From: an uncultured Gemmatimonadales bacterium
GTDB lineage: Bacteria > Gemmatimonadota > Gemmatimonadetes > Gemmatimonadales > GWC2-71-9
Assembly: GCA_963842945.1 (NCBI GenBank)
Contig: CAWJIM010000021.1
Location: forward strand, 308,853 to 372,852
Direction of reading: 5' to 3'
Length of the DNA: 64,000 bases
The notes under the pieces are model-generated. The model searched no databases. It was not told where the DNA came from and saw nothing but the letters and a program-made list of their open reading frames with translations. Positions within the stretch are counted from its first letter, which is position 1; each line of letters opens with the position of its first letter. Position numbers and translations under genes: made by a program. Below are positions 10,493 to 19,890 of this stretch, one piece after another.

Positions 10493-10620
10493 GGGAAGGA
10501 CGGAAAGGTCGGGCAGGACGGGAAGGTATGATGGATAGGGAGTAGGGGGTGAAGGGGTATGCGCCTTGCTGCCTTTCGGCCTGTCCCGCATACCTTCCCG
10601 CCCTTCCCGTCTTTCCCTTC
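10493..10620. repeat. Inverted 9-mer arrays (GGGAAGGAC / CTTCCCGTC-like) between convergent genes
   Basis: gggaaggac-ggaaaggtc-gggcaggac-gggaaggta ... taccttccc-gcccttccc-gtctttccc. Confidence 0.7.
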
Positions 10621-11600
10621 TACCTCTTATACCGCTCAAGCGCCAGCTCCACAATCCGCTCGATCAGCTTGGGGTACTCGATCCCCGCAGCCCCCGCCGA
10701 CATCGCGAACTCACTGGAGCGCTCGAGATAACAGCTGGCGTTCACCTCGAGCACGTAGATATCGCCGGTGTCGGTGAGCCGTAGGTCCACCCGGCCGTAG
10801 TCGCGAACCCGGAGCGCCCGGTAGGCATCCACCGCGACCTTCTGAAGCCGGGCCCTGAGCTCGTCCGGAAGGTTCGCCATGACCGATTTCGTACCCTTGA
10901 ACTCCTTGCTTCGCTCATCCCACTTGGCCTTGCTGTCCAGCACCTTCGGCGCTCCCTCGGGGAAGCCGGTGAAATCCACCTCGACCGGCGGCAACGCCCG
11001 GGGCTGGGAGTTTCCCAGCACCCCGACGTAGAACTCCCGGCCATCGATGAATTCCTCAGCCAAGGCGGAGTCGTTGAGCTCCTTCCGAATGACAGCAACC
11101 CGTTCCATCAGTGCGCCGGCGTCGTGCACCAGCGACTTACCCCCGATGCCGATCGAAGAGTCGGATCTGAGCGGCTTGACGAAAAGCGGCATCCGAAGAT
11201 TGCCGCCGGTCTCGAACGCCTGCTGCCGGGAGAAGACCGCGAAGCGCGGATAGAGGATCTCCTCGAAGGCGAGAAGCTTCTTGGTCAGGCCCTTGTCCTG
11301 GCTGAGATACAGCTCGCCGGGGCCACTGCCGGTGTACTTGAGCCCGAGCAGATCGAGCAAGCCTGCCACCGGAATGTCCCCGAAGACATTGTCTCCGAAC
11401 ATCTCCATGAGGTTGAAGACCAGGTCGGGCTTGCGGCGGGAGAGCCCGGCGATGAGCCGCTTGACGTCTACGTGCACGCCGAGGATGGACACCCGATGTC
11501 CCAGGCTCCGCAGGGCCTTGGCGACCTGGGGAACGACCGCCTCGTACTCCTTCGAGTTCTCGTCTTCGCTGTCGAGATACGTCAGGACGGTGATCTTCAT
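10620..11600 (-). CDS. D-Ala-D-Ala ligase-like ATP-grasp protein
   Basis: DLVFNL, YTGS, DKGLTK, PLFVKP...SSIGI, EEFIDGREF, RDYGRVDLR, LEVNA; lacks the canonical Ddl GGxSxE N-terminus. Confidence 0.85.
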   Translation of the reverse strand: MKITVLTYLDSEDENSKEYEAVVPQVAKALRSLGHRVSILGVHVDVKRLIAGLSRRKPDLVFNLMEMFGDNVFGDIPVAGLLDLLGLKYTGSGPGELYLSQDKGLTKKLLAFEEILYPRFAVFSRQQAFETGGNLRMPLFVKPLRSDSSIGIGGKSLVHDAGALMERVAVIRKELNDSALAEEFIDGREFYVGVLGNSQPRALPPVEVDFTGFPEGAPKVLDSKAKWDERSKEFKGTKSVMANLPDELRARLQKVAVDAYRALRVRDYGRVDLRLTDTGDIYVLEVNASCYLERSSEFAMSAGAAGIEYPKLIERIVELALERYKR

Positions 11601-11602
11601 GG

Positions 11603-13225
11603 TTACTCCGGCAGGTCCATGCCCCAGCGAGCCAGGGAAACCGGCAGGCCCCCATACTGCATCAGATCATCGTGAAACCGGCGGAGATTACCGCCTCTAC
11701 CAGCGCGTTGCTGGTATGACTGTCGCAGGCTCAGCAACTCCCGTCGTCCAACGGCATAGGACAACTGGTATGTGGGCCATGCGCAATATCGCCTGACTTC
11801 CGCTTCAGCATTGGGCCGCTCGATTGGCAGGTGCTCCACCATATAATCGGTGGCTTGAGCCGGCGTCATGCCGCGAGTGTGCAGCCCGACATCGAGCACC
11901 ACCCTGATGGCTCGCCACAGCAGGTTGACCAGGCGAAACAGGCGCGTCTCGGTGGTCTGATAATAGCCTGCCTCCTCCATCAACTGCTCGCAGTAAAGCG
12001 CCCAGCCCTCCACCATGATCGGGGTCCAGACGTGACGGCGAACCTCGGACCCGAGTCCTTGCAGCGTATCCAGGTGAAGATGGTGGCCGGGGTACACCTC
12101 GTGCGCCACCATCACCGGCAGCGCGTGGCGGCAATGACCCCGGAGTTGCTGGGCCAGAGCGGCAGGTGGGAGCTTGGGGTCGGGCTCGGTCACATAGAAC
12201 CGGCCCCGGTGCCGGTCCAGATAAATCGGCGGCGGCTCATAGGCGGCAAAGGGCACCAGCCCGGCCAGATAGGCCGGCGTCGGCACCACGTCCACTCCGC
12301 TCTCCGGCACCGTGACCAACTCACGCTCGGCCACGAACCCGCAGGCCCGCTCGACTTCCGAACGGTAGACCGAGAGCAGCTCGCCTGCTGGAGGCGACTC
12401 GCCCTGGAGCTTCTCCACCATCTCTCGCCAGGGCCGTCCGTCGAGCTGCCGAGCCAGGGTCGCGAGCTCCTGCGTCGTTTCCTCCTGGAGCTGCTGCCCG
12501 TATCGCCACAGCTCTCCAGGCCCCGCCATCAGTGCGTGCTCGTGCTGCAGTCTCCGGTTGAATTGTTGCTCGCCAACGGCAAACGCCTGCGGGTCCGAGG
12601 CGGGCTCGATCTGGTCGCGCAGCGCGGTGCCGAACTCGACCAGCGCCTTGAGCGCCGCTTCTCCCGACTGCTTGAGCTCGTCGGCGAATTCACCAGCCAC
12701 GCCGCCGAAGCCGGCAACGACCTGGGCAACGAGCTGTCCTCCGCCAGGGAGCATGGCGAGCGCCGTGTCGACGAAGACCGCCGGCGGTTCATCGATGGTA
12801 GCCCGGGCTGCCTCCAGAAACGCTGGGGTATCCCGCAACCGAGCCAGCACGGCCGATGCCCGAACCGCAGGCTCCGGCTCACCGCGGGTCAACAGCGAGT
12901 ACAGAGCCTGGAACAGGTGGGAAAGCCAGAATCCCGGATTCCGGACGTGGGGCTGCTCCTCGGCAAAGCGATATCCGGTGCTGCGAATCTCTCCCAGCAG
13001 TGCCGTGCGGTCGATCTCGCTCTGGAGATCGTCGGTTTCCAACTCCTCGATCCCACCAGAAACCGACCGGAGAGCCGAGAGGTGCTCCCGGGTTGTCTCG
13101 ACGTCGAACCTGCCCAACCGGCTGTCGGCGCTGACCAGGCCCGCCGAGCTCGCGGCGGCTGGATCGAAATGGTACTTGAGATCCAGATAGGACCGGCAGA
13201 GGTCGTCAACCGGGGAGTTGGGCAT
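11603..13225 (-). CDS. DUF885 domain protein
   Basis: HEVYPGHH, EGWALY, RVVLDVGLH, EVRRY...YQLSY motifs. Confidence 0.85.
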   Translation of the reverse strand: MPNSPVDDLCRSYLDLKYHFDPAAASSAGLVSADSRLGRFDVETTREHLSALRSVSGGIEELETDDLQSEIDRTALLGEIRSTGYRFAEEQPHVRNPGFWLSHLFQALYSLLTRGEPEPAVRASAVLARLRDTPAFLEAARATIDEPPAVFVDTALAMLPGGGQLVAQVVAGFGGVAGEFADELKQSGEAALKALVEFGTALRDQIEPASDPQAFAVGEQQFNRRLQHEHALMAGPGELWRYGQQLQEETTQELATLARQLDGRPWREMVEKLQGESPPAGELLSVYRSEVERACGFVAERELVTVPESGVDVVPTPAYLAGLVPFAAYEPPPIYLDRHRGRFYVTEPDPKLPPAALAQQLRGHCRHALPVMVAHEVYPGHHLHLDTLQGLGSEVRRHVWTPIMVEGWALYCEQLMEEAGYYQTTETRLFRLVNLLWRAIRVVLDVGLHTRGMTPAQATDYMVEHLPIERPNAEAEVRRYCAWPTYQLSYAVGRRELLSLRQSYQQRAGRGGNLRRFHDDLMQYGGLPVSLARWGMDLPE

Positions 13226-14208
13226 CAGGCCCGGTTGGCGGTCGCTTCGGAATGATCGCCCAGGCTCGCACTCCCCCGGAAATTCTCCAGGATGACGCTG
13301 TTGCCCAGGAGCGAACCCTCCAGCTCCACTCCGGTGAGCCGGGCGTCCCGGCCGACAATCGAGTTGCGAACTCGGCTGCCACTGATCCTGGTTCCCCGCT
13401 CGATGGAGACGTTGGGTCCGATCTCGCTCCGCTCGATGCTGACTCCGTCCTCGATGTACACCGGATCGTGCACGGTGACGCCGGGGAACTCCACTCGCCG
13501 AGCCGCGCCTTTGCGGAGCAGGATCTCGTTCGTTTCCAGCAGCGTGTCGAGCTTACCGCAGTCGTACCATCCTCCGACCTCTGCGGTCAGGATTCGCTTT
13601 CCATGCTCGATCATCCACTGAAAGGCATCGGTCAGATACCATTCTCCCTTGTTGGCCGGATTGGCGAGCACGTGATCGATGCCTTGCCACAGGCTGTCGG
13701 TGGCCTTGATGTAGTAGAGCCCGATGTTGGCGAGCTTGCTGATCGGCGTCGAAGGCTTCTCCACGATCTTTGTCATGTAGCCTTTCGCGTCGGTGACGAC
13801 CACTCCGAACCGCTGATAGTCCTCTACCTCCTTCGCCCAGATGATGCCGTCGGCGTCGGTGCGATTCACCAGGCTGAGATCGGCTTCGAACACGGTGTCC
13901 ACAAAGATGATCAGTACCGGGCCGGTGACATAGGGCCGCGCCAGGTTGATGGCGCCTGCGGTGCCGTCTTGGACCTTCTGTTCGATGTACCGCGAAGGAA
14001 TCCGGTACCGCTTGCGGGCAAACTCTTCGACCTGCTCCTTCAGATGCCCGGTGATGAAGATCAGCTCGGTGATGTCCAGGCCTTCGAGCCGGTCCATCAC
14101 CCAGTCCATGACCGGCCGGCCTGCCACCTTGAGCAGAGGCTTGGGCACCAGGTGGGTCTGAGGCCGGAGGCGGGTACCCTTCCCGGCGAGTGGGATGATC
14201 ACTTGCAT
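13225..14208 (-). CDS. Sugar-phosphate nucleotidyltransferase (glucose-1-phosphate thymidylyltransferase-like, long form)
   Basis: IIPLAGKGTRLRP...PKPL, GEWYLTDA, WYDCG; C-terminal left-handed beta-helix repeats. Confidence 0.9.
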   Translation of the reverse strand: MQVIIPLAGKGTRLRPQTHLVPKPLLKVAGRPVMDWVMDRLEGLDITELIFITGHLKEQVEEFARKRYRIPSRYIEQKVQDGTAGAINLARPYVTGPVLIIFVDTVFEADLSLVNRTDADGIIWAKEVEDYQRFGVVVTDAKGYMTKIVEKPSTPISKLANIGLYYIKATDSLWQGIDHVLANPANKGEWYLTDAFQWMIEHGKRILTAEVGGWYDCGKLDTLLETNEILLRKGAARRVEFPGVTVHDPVYIEDGVSIERSEIGPNVSIERGTRISGSRVRNSIVGRDARLTGVELEGSLLGNSVILENFRGSASLGDHSEATANRA

Positions 14209-14209
14209 C

Positions 14210-14560
14210 TCAACCTCTTCCGTAGCGGTCCTCGAGGCGCACCAGATCATCGAGCTCGGGCGTCGATGCCTCGAGCACGTCGCTGTCCACAACCGCCTCG
14301 ATCTGGTGGACCAGCTTGGCGGGGATGTGCACGGTCTCGCCCGCCCGGAACGCACGGGTGATCATGCCGTCACCTTGCCCGGTGCGGAGCTTGAGCTCAC
14401 CCCGCAGCACGTGCATGGTCTCGTCCTTGAAGTTGTGGTACTGGAGGCTGAGCACGTGTCCGGCCTTCACGTGAAGAATCTTCCCCACGTATCGGTCGGT
14501 GCGGGCCCAGATCAACTCGTAGCCCCAGGGCTTCTCCACCCGGTAGGGGGCCTCAGGCAC
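14210..14560 (-). CDS. Cupin domain protein (mannose-6-phosphate isomerase type II C-terminal-like)
   Basis: VEKPWGYE, LSLQYH..KDET, ASTPELDDLVRLEDRYGR. Confidence 0.85.
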   Translation of the reverse strand: MPEAPYRVEKPWGYELIWARTDRYVGKILHVKAGHVLSLQYHNFKDETMHVLRGELKLRTGQGDGMITRAFRAGETVHIPAKLVHQIEAVVDSDVLEASTPELDDLVRLEDRYGRG

Positions 14561-14658
14561 TCACAATCTCGACAGACTCGGGTTTGAACATGGGCGGGAA
14601 TATACGCGGGGCAGTTGTCAGCGGGGCAGCGGGGCAGCGAGAGGAGCAGGGGAAAATG

Positions 14659-17600
14659 TCAGAACGGCTGCTCGAAGCTGAACACCCAGCGGAAGGCGAC
14701 GTCCTCATCTCCGGCGGTACCATCCGGCGCCAGCTCCGGGCGAGAGACGAAGAAGGGGAAATCGAATCGGGTGACGAACTCCGTATCGCCGATGCGATGC
14801 GCCGCGCGAACACCGAGACCCGCATCGGACAGGAAGCGGATGGTGCCGGTAGCCGGCGTCTGGCTCATGCTGCCGATGCCCTGGGCCAGGTCGGAGAAGA
14901 GGGCAATGCCCACCCGCTTGAATAGATGGGACTCGGGGCGGGAAAGCAGATCGTGCTCGACATCCAGATTGAGCGCGGCAATGGCGGAGGTGGACAACCG
15001 CGGGTCGACCCCCCGCACGCCGGCCCCACCGGGTGAGTGGTAGTGGATGTCCTCTCGGACCAGCAGAGCGCCACGCGAGCGAAGAAATGGGTTGTACAAC
15101 TGGCTCAGCGGATCCGAGCCCTGGAAATAGACCTGCCGCTGCTTGGCCGCATCGTGGTCGCTCACGCCGGCCGCCAGATAGCCTCGCACCCCCAGACGGA
15201 GGCCCCGCGCCAGATCTCGCCGGGCGATGCCCTCGATGAATCCATTGAAGTAGAAGGGATCCAGGTCGGATCGTCCGCTGGCCGCCAGGCCGTCGCGGTT
15301 GTAGGCCAATCCGCCGCCGAGCGAGCTGCGAGCGGAGAGCTCCCATTGGCCGCTCTCGGTCGAAATTCCGCTGCCGAATTGCAGCTCAACGATCCCAACG
15401 TCGTCGTAGTAGCCCGGATCCAGATACCGAGTGTCGTCGATCGCCACCCACCGAAGGCTCATCCGATGACTCCGGGTCGGGCCGAAGGTCAGGTGCGCTC
15501 GGCGGGACCATTCGAGATTGGCGGCGGCACCGTAGCGTCCTTCGATCTTGAAGGCATCGAAGGTCTGAGACAGGTTCGGCCCCCGGAGCACCACCGGGTT
15601 CTTGCCTCGGAGGAAGAAATCGATGTCCTTGACGTCGTCATCCACTCCCCAGCCCGTGCTCCCCCAGAGCATCGCAACGTTCTGCTCGAAGCGGCCGAGA
15701 TAATCATCCCGGCTGCGGAGACCGAGGGTGACTCCTCCGGCATCGTTGTACCACAGCGTAGGCTGCACGCCGACCGTGAGCCCCTCCCGGCGGGATCGGG
15801 TGGAGAAGTACGGATGGAAGTAGAAATCGGTGTTGGGGGGCGGGAGCAAGGCTCTGAGGAAGGGCCAGCCACCCAGCCGCTTCCGGTTGTTGAGCATGTT
15901 CCAGTCGTGAGTCTGCACCCGCGGGTCGAGCACCACTTCCTTCGGCTTGCTTCGGGTTCTCAGCGTTAGCCACTCCCGTTCGGCGAGTCCTTCCACTCGA
16001 TTTACCGTAGTGTCCTGCTGGGCGATCACGGCCACCTCTACCGGGATTCGGCCATTGCCCCTCCGCACTACTTCAACCCGGGTCAGCCAACCGTCCTCAC
16101 GTTCCGCAGGGCCCCCACGTTCCTCAGGTTTCTCACGTGCCGTCTTTACCTCACCCACCGCATAGTCGTAGAGCTCCGTCGTGTGCAGCCACTGGGCAAA
16201 GAAGGTCGAGAGATCCCGCTGGGACACTTCCTCGGCGACCGCGCGGAAGGCGGCCTCGTCCACGTGCTTCAGCTTCCAGCGCTGGTAGAACGTCTGGAGG
16301 ATGCGATGCATCGTCGCATCGCCGACGATGTACCGGAGCTGCTGAAAGAACAGCTTGCCCCGGACGTAGATCGCGGTGTTGTAGGAGCTGAAATCGCGAT
16401 AGTTCTCCGCCACCAGGCTGGGCGGTTCCGACTGGTCCTCGAGATCCAGCTGCAGGATGCCGGCCTCGGTTTCCTGGTACGTGCTCGGCCGGCCCATCAC
16501 TTCCCAGAACAAGTCGGTCTGAAAGCTGCTAAATCCCTCGTCCAGCCAGCCTTCCCGCCATTCATTGTTGGCCAGGATCCCCATGGTGTAGTTATGCCCC
16601 AGCTCGTGGACGATCAGCCCCTGATCGACCGAGCCGTTCATCATCATCATGGGGAACTCGGTGCCGCCGCCCTCGATCCGGTGGACGTTGGTGATCTGCG
16701 GCCAGGCGAAGGGGCCGTACAGCTGGCCCAGCCAGGCCAGCGCGGTCTCGGTTCGCTGCACCGCGAAGTTTCCACCCCAGGTGCTCTCGTCTCCGGGCTG
16801 GTAGAGGACATGCACCGCGACGTTGCCGTTGCGGCCTCCCTCGTAGCGGTAGTCGGGATTCAGCGAGAGCGCGAAGTGGTGTACGTCTCGGGCATACCAG
16901 CGCACAATCTTTCGTCCGGCGGCTGCCCCGTCGCAGGCCGCGGGCGGCGTATCGGGGCCGTAGTAGTCGCGCTGATACTCGATTGGTCTCGAGCGGTTGC
17001 GGTTGGCCCGCTCCCATCCGGGATCCCCGCACACCGGAACGCCGGTGGCGCCGATGACCTGATCCACCGGCACGTCGAGGTCCACCAGGAAAGTGGCGAA
17101 CTCACCGTAGAACTCGCCGGCAGGATACAGCGGATGTTCCTCCCAGCCGTAGCGGTCGTAGACCACCACCTTGGGATACCACTGGGCAAAGTCGAAACGG
17201 CGGCCCTGCCGGCCCTGCCGCCGGGGCACGGTGGAAGGTCGCGCGTCCCACTCGAGGTCTACCGAGACCGAATCGCCGGGCCGGAGCCGCTGGGGCAGAG
17301 CGAATCGCACGATGGTGCTGTCGGGCGTAAAAGGATAGACCGGCTCTACCGGGGTTCCGCCGATGCGCACGTTGCGCACGTGATTGAAGGCGAAGTTCGG
17401 CTCCTGAAGATCGTTGAACCGGCGCCGTCCTTCGGCCGAATCCGCGTCGGACCAGCGGGAGCCGGGCCGGAAAGCGTTGAGATAGAGGTGGAGAGAGAAT
17501 GAGCTCAGCGTATCGGGCGACCGGTTGACGTAGCGGATCTTCTCGGTCCCGCTCAGTACCCCACGCGGCTCGTCGAGGTGGGCGGAAATCTCGTAGGCAA

Positions 17601-17682
17601 CCTGCTGCTGCCAGTAAGGATTTGGGTTTGAGGCTGGAGCGGCGGGTTGCTGAGGCAGAAACAGGATCGCTGCGAGAATCAC
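14659..17682 (-). CDS. M1 family metallopeptidase with C-terminal outer-membrane beta-barrel-like region
   Basis: YWQQ N-terminus, GGTEFP, HELGH-x18-E (WLDEG), alternating beta-strand C-terminus ending FSFEQPF. Confidence 0.85.
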   Translation of the reverse strand: MILAAILFLPQQPAAPASNPNPYWQQQVAYEISAHLDEPRGVLSGTEKIRYVNRSPDTLSSFSLHLYLNAFRPGSRWSDADSAEGRRRFNDLQEPNFAFNHVRNVRIGGTPVEPVYPFTPDSTIVRFALPQRLRPGDSVSVDLEWDARPSTVPRRQGRQGRRFDFAQWYPKVVVYDRYGWEEHPLYPAGEFYGEFATFLVDLDVPVDQVIGATGVPVCGDPGWERANRNRSRPIEYQRDYYGPDTPPAACDGAAAGRKIVRWYARDVHHFALSLNPDYRYEGGRNGNVAVHVLYQPGDESTWGGNFAVQRTETALAWLGQLYGPFAWPQITNVHRIEGGGTEFPMMMMNGSVDQGLIVHELGHNYTMGILANNEWREGWLDEGFSSFQTDLFWEVMGRPSTYQETEAGILQLDLEDQSEPPSLVAENYRDFSSYNTAIYVRGKLFFQQLRYIVGDATMHRILQTFYQRWKLKHVDEAAFRAVAEEVSQRDLSTFFAQWLHTTELYDYAVGEVKTAREKPEERGGPAEREDGWLTRVEVVRRGNGRIPVEVAVIAQQDTTVNRVEGLAEREWLTLRTRSKPKEVVLDPRVQTHDWNMLNNRKRLGGWPFLRALLPPPNTDFYFHPYFSTRSRREGLTVGVQPTLWYNDAGGVTLGLRSRDDYLGRFEQNVAMLWGSTGWGVDDDVKDIDFFLRGKNPVVLRGPNLSQTFDAFKIEGRYGAAANLEWSRRAHLTFGPTRSHRMSLRWVAIDDTRYLDPGYYDDVGIVELQFGSGISTESGQWELSARSSLGGGLAYNRDGLAASGRSDLDPFYFNGFIEGIARRDLARGLRLGVRGYLAAGVSDHDAAKQRQVYFQGSDPLSQLYNPFLRSRGALLVREDIHYHSPGGAGVRGVDPRLSTSAIAALNLDVEHDLLSRPESHLFKRVGIALFSDLAQGIGSMSQTPATGTIRFLSDAGLGVRAAHRIGDTEFVTRFDFPFFVSRPELAPDGTAGDEDVAFRWVFSFEQPF

Positions 17683-17841
17683 CGAGGGCTCGAGGTCAAG
17701 TGGTCTGAGTACCCCTGTGGGGATGGCCCGCAACATAAATCTCGCCCGGTGATTTAGCACCACAGTGCGCGGCCATGGTGGAGACGCGGAGGGCCTTTGG
17801 GGCTACGGTGGATCGCTCTGGCAACCCGGCATTCGGTATCC

Positions 17842-18294
17842 ATGGCTGACACGTATCTGTCGTTGCGGGTCCATCTGGTCTGGGCCACCAAGAACCGGAG
17901 GCCCTGGCTCGATCCGGAATGGAGATCTCGGCTGTTCGCCTCTGTGGCCGCGGTTGTGGCCCGTCGGGGTGGCGAGCTACTCTGTGCCGGTGGCACCCGG
18001 GATCACATCCATCTCTACCTGGAGCCTCCCAGCACCCTGGCCCTCTCAGACCTGGTCGCCAGTATTAAGACCACCACCACCAGGTGGATTCATGAAACAT
18101 TTGCCCACCGACGAGATTTCCGTTGGCAACACGGATACGGGGCATTCAGCGTTACGCCATTCGAAGACAGCTACATCCGCGACTACATCCGCAACCAGGA
18201 GATCCATCACCGGGAAGAACGGTTTGCCAACGAATACACCTCCCTGCTGCAACGCCACGGTGTCATTTTCGATCCGGCGCACGTAACGGATTAA
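17842..18294 (+). mobile_element. tnpA: IS200/IS605-family Y1 HUH transposase (TnpA / REP-associated type)
   Basis: HLVWATKNR, DHIH (HUH), WQHGYGAFSV, YIRNQEIHH; no tnpB. Confidence 0.85.
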
Positions 18295-18327
18295 TGGGGC
18301 CGTGCAGATCGGGCGGGGCAGCGGTTT

Positions 18328-18384
18328 GCGGTCCGGAGGACCGCCGATACACAAGAGGGCCACCCTCATGGGTGGCCCTCACAC
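18328..18384. repeat. Two REP-like palindromes downstream of the transposase
   Basis: GCGGTCC-GGA-GGACCGC-cgatac and GAGGGCCACCC-TCAT-GGGTGGCCCTC-acac. Confidence 0.6.
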
Positions 18385-18451
18385 GTGATGGGAATCGCAA
18401 AGCCGCGGCGTCACCAACACACGCGATTGGGACCGCAACGCCGCGACACCA

Positions 18452-18988
18452 TCAACGGGATAACAAGTGCCGCCGCAGCTTGGTCATCCGGCGCCGGAGC
18501 GATCCGTCGAGCACCCGCTCGCCCACGCGCACGATGGCGCCGCCGAGGATTTCGGGGTCTACCGAGAAGGCGGGTATCACCTGTTTCCCCAGCTGCCGGC
18601 TCAACGCTTCCTGGATGTTGCGCTTGAGCTTCTCATCGGGAGTCCGGGCCAGCGTCACGCCCGCCCGGACCCGGTCCAACTTCTGGTCCAGCAGATTCAT
18701 GTACTGGATGGCCACGGCGCGCAGAATCTGCTGGCGGCCCCGGCGCACCAGAGCCTGCAGGAACAGCACGAATTCCCGCGGCGTGTCACGCAGGGCTCCG
18801 CCCAGGAGCTGCGCCTTTTCCGACTTGTGAATCCGGGGCGACATCAGGATCGCCTCGACTCGAGGGGTCTGCTCCACCGCGGCTGCCACGGCATCGAGCA
18901 GGTTGGCGTAGAGCTCGACGTTGCCGCTGCGCTCGCCCAGCTCGAACAGGGCTTCGGCGTAGTTCCGGGCGACCGTCTCGGTTCTCAA
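18452..18988 (-). CDS. atpH: ATP synthase F1 delta subunit
   Basis: VARNYAEALF, VDPEILGGAIVRVGERVLDGSLR. Confidence 0.95.
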   Translation of the reverse strand: MRTETVARNYAEALFELGERSGNVELYANLLDAVAAAVEQTPRVEAILMSPRIHKSEKAQLLGGALRDTPREFVLFLQALVRRGRQQILRAVAIQYMNLLDQKLDRVRAGVTLARTPDEKLKRNIQEALSRQLGKQVIPAFSVDPEILGGAIVRVGERVLDGSLRRRMTKLRRHLLSR

Positions 18989-19518
18989 TGGTTGCTTCCC
19001 AGACTGGCCAGATACTCCTGCACGATCTTGCGATCGTTCTCGGAGTTGAGCCGCTCACCGATCAGCTTCGACGCTGCGGCCAGCGAGAGATCCACCGCCT
19101 CGCGCCGGAGCTCGGCCACCGCCCGCTCCCGCTCGGAGATGATGTCCCGGCGAGCCCGCTCCAGCAGCTCCTCCTGCTCCTGCCTCGTCTTTTCCATCGC
19201 CAAAGCCCGCTCCTTCTCCGCCGCGGTTCTCGCTTCGGCCAGCAGCCCATGCGCCGCGGTGCGGCCCTCGGCCAGGAGCTTCTGGTGCTCCGCCAGGAGA
19301 CGGGCGGCCTCGGCTCGATTCCGCTCGGCCTCGGCCAGCTGTTCCTCGAGCGCGCGTTCACGGGCCTCCACCGCTCCCAGAATCGCGGGCCAGGCATACT
19401 TCCTCAGAATCAGGAGCAGCGCCACGAACACCAGCACGGTCCAGATCATGAGACCGGGCTCGACCGACAGCGGGCCGCGGGCCACGTGTTCTTCCTGGAG
19501 GAGAGCGAGCGCTAGCAT
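18985..19518 (-). CDS. atpF: ATP synthase F0 subunit b
   Basis: PGLMIWTVLVF..LL.ILRKYAWPAIL...ARE followed by a coiled coil. Confidence 0.95.
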   Translation of the reverse strand: MLALALLQEEHVARGPLSVEPGLMIWTVLVFVALLLILRKYAWPAILGAVEARERALEEQLAEAERNRAEAARLLAEHQKLLAEGRTAAHGLLAEARTAAEKERALAMEKTRQEQEELLERARRDIISERERAVAELRREAVDLSLAAASKLIGERLNSENDRKIVQEYLASLGSNH

Positions 19519-19526
19519 CTGTTGTC

Positions 19527-19602
19527 CTCGAGTCTGAGGTCTAGAGCCTAGAGTCTAATGCGCGGTTCGGCACCTAGACTCTAGACTCTCGACTCTCGAC
19601 TG
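19527..19602. repeat. Inverted 7-mer arrays (AGAGTCT / AGACTCT) between atpE and atpF
   Basis: cgagtct-gaggtct-agagcct-agagtct ... agactct-agactct-cgactct-cgact. Confidence 0.75.
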
Positions 19603-19605
19603 GCT

Positions 19606-19890
19606 TTAGAACGTGATCTTCGACTGAATCAGGAACCCGATTACCGCCACGAACAGGGCAACACCTTCGATCAGGGCGGCCGCGATGATCATGGCCGTCT
19701 GAATCCGCGCCGTTGCGTCAGGCTGGCGGGCAATGCCCTCAGTGGCCGAGCCACCGATTCGGCCGATGCCGACCCCGGCGCCTAGCACGGCGAGTCCGGC
19801 CGCCAGACCGGCGCCGATGAGACCTAATCCGCGGCCTGACGCCCCAGCGGCGGCGGCCGTTTCCTGCAAGAGAGCGAGAATGTACAGCAT
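19606..19890 (-). CDS. atpE: ATP synthase F0 subunit c (H+-type)
   Basis: GAGVGIG, ARQP loop, ALIEG catalytic Glu; no Na+-binding Q/ES/Y signature. Confidence 0.95.
   Translation of the reverse strand: MLYILALLQETAAAAGASGRGLGLIGAGLAAGLAVLGAGVGIGRIGGSATEGIARQPDATARIQTAMIIAAALIEGVALFVAVIGFLIQSKITF

Noticed and set aside
10620..11600. Calling the ATP-grasp gene ddl or a vancomycin-resistance ligase
   Set aside because: Missing the canonical Ddl N-terminal motif and no cell-wall or van context.
19606..19890. Na+-translocating ATP synthase or N-ATPase
   Set aside because: The c subunit lacks Na+ ligands and the gene order is standard F0 plus delta.
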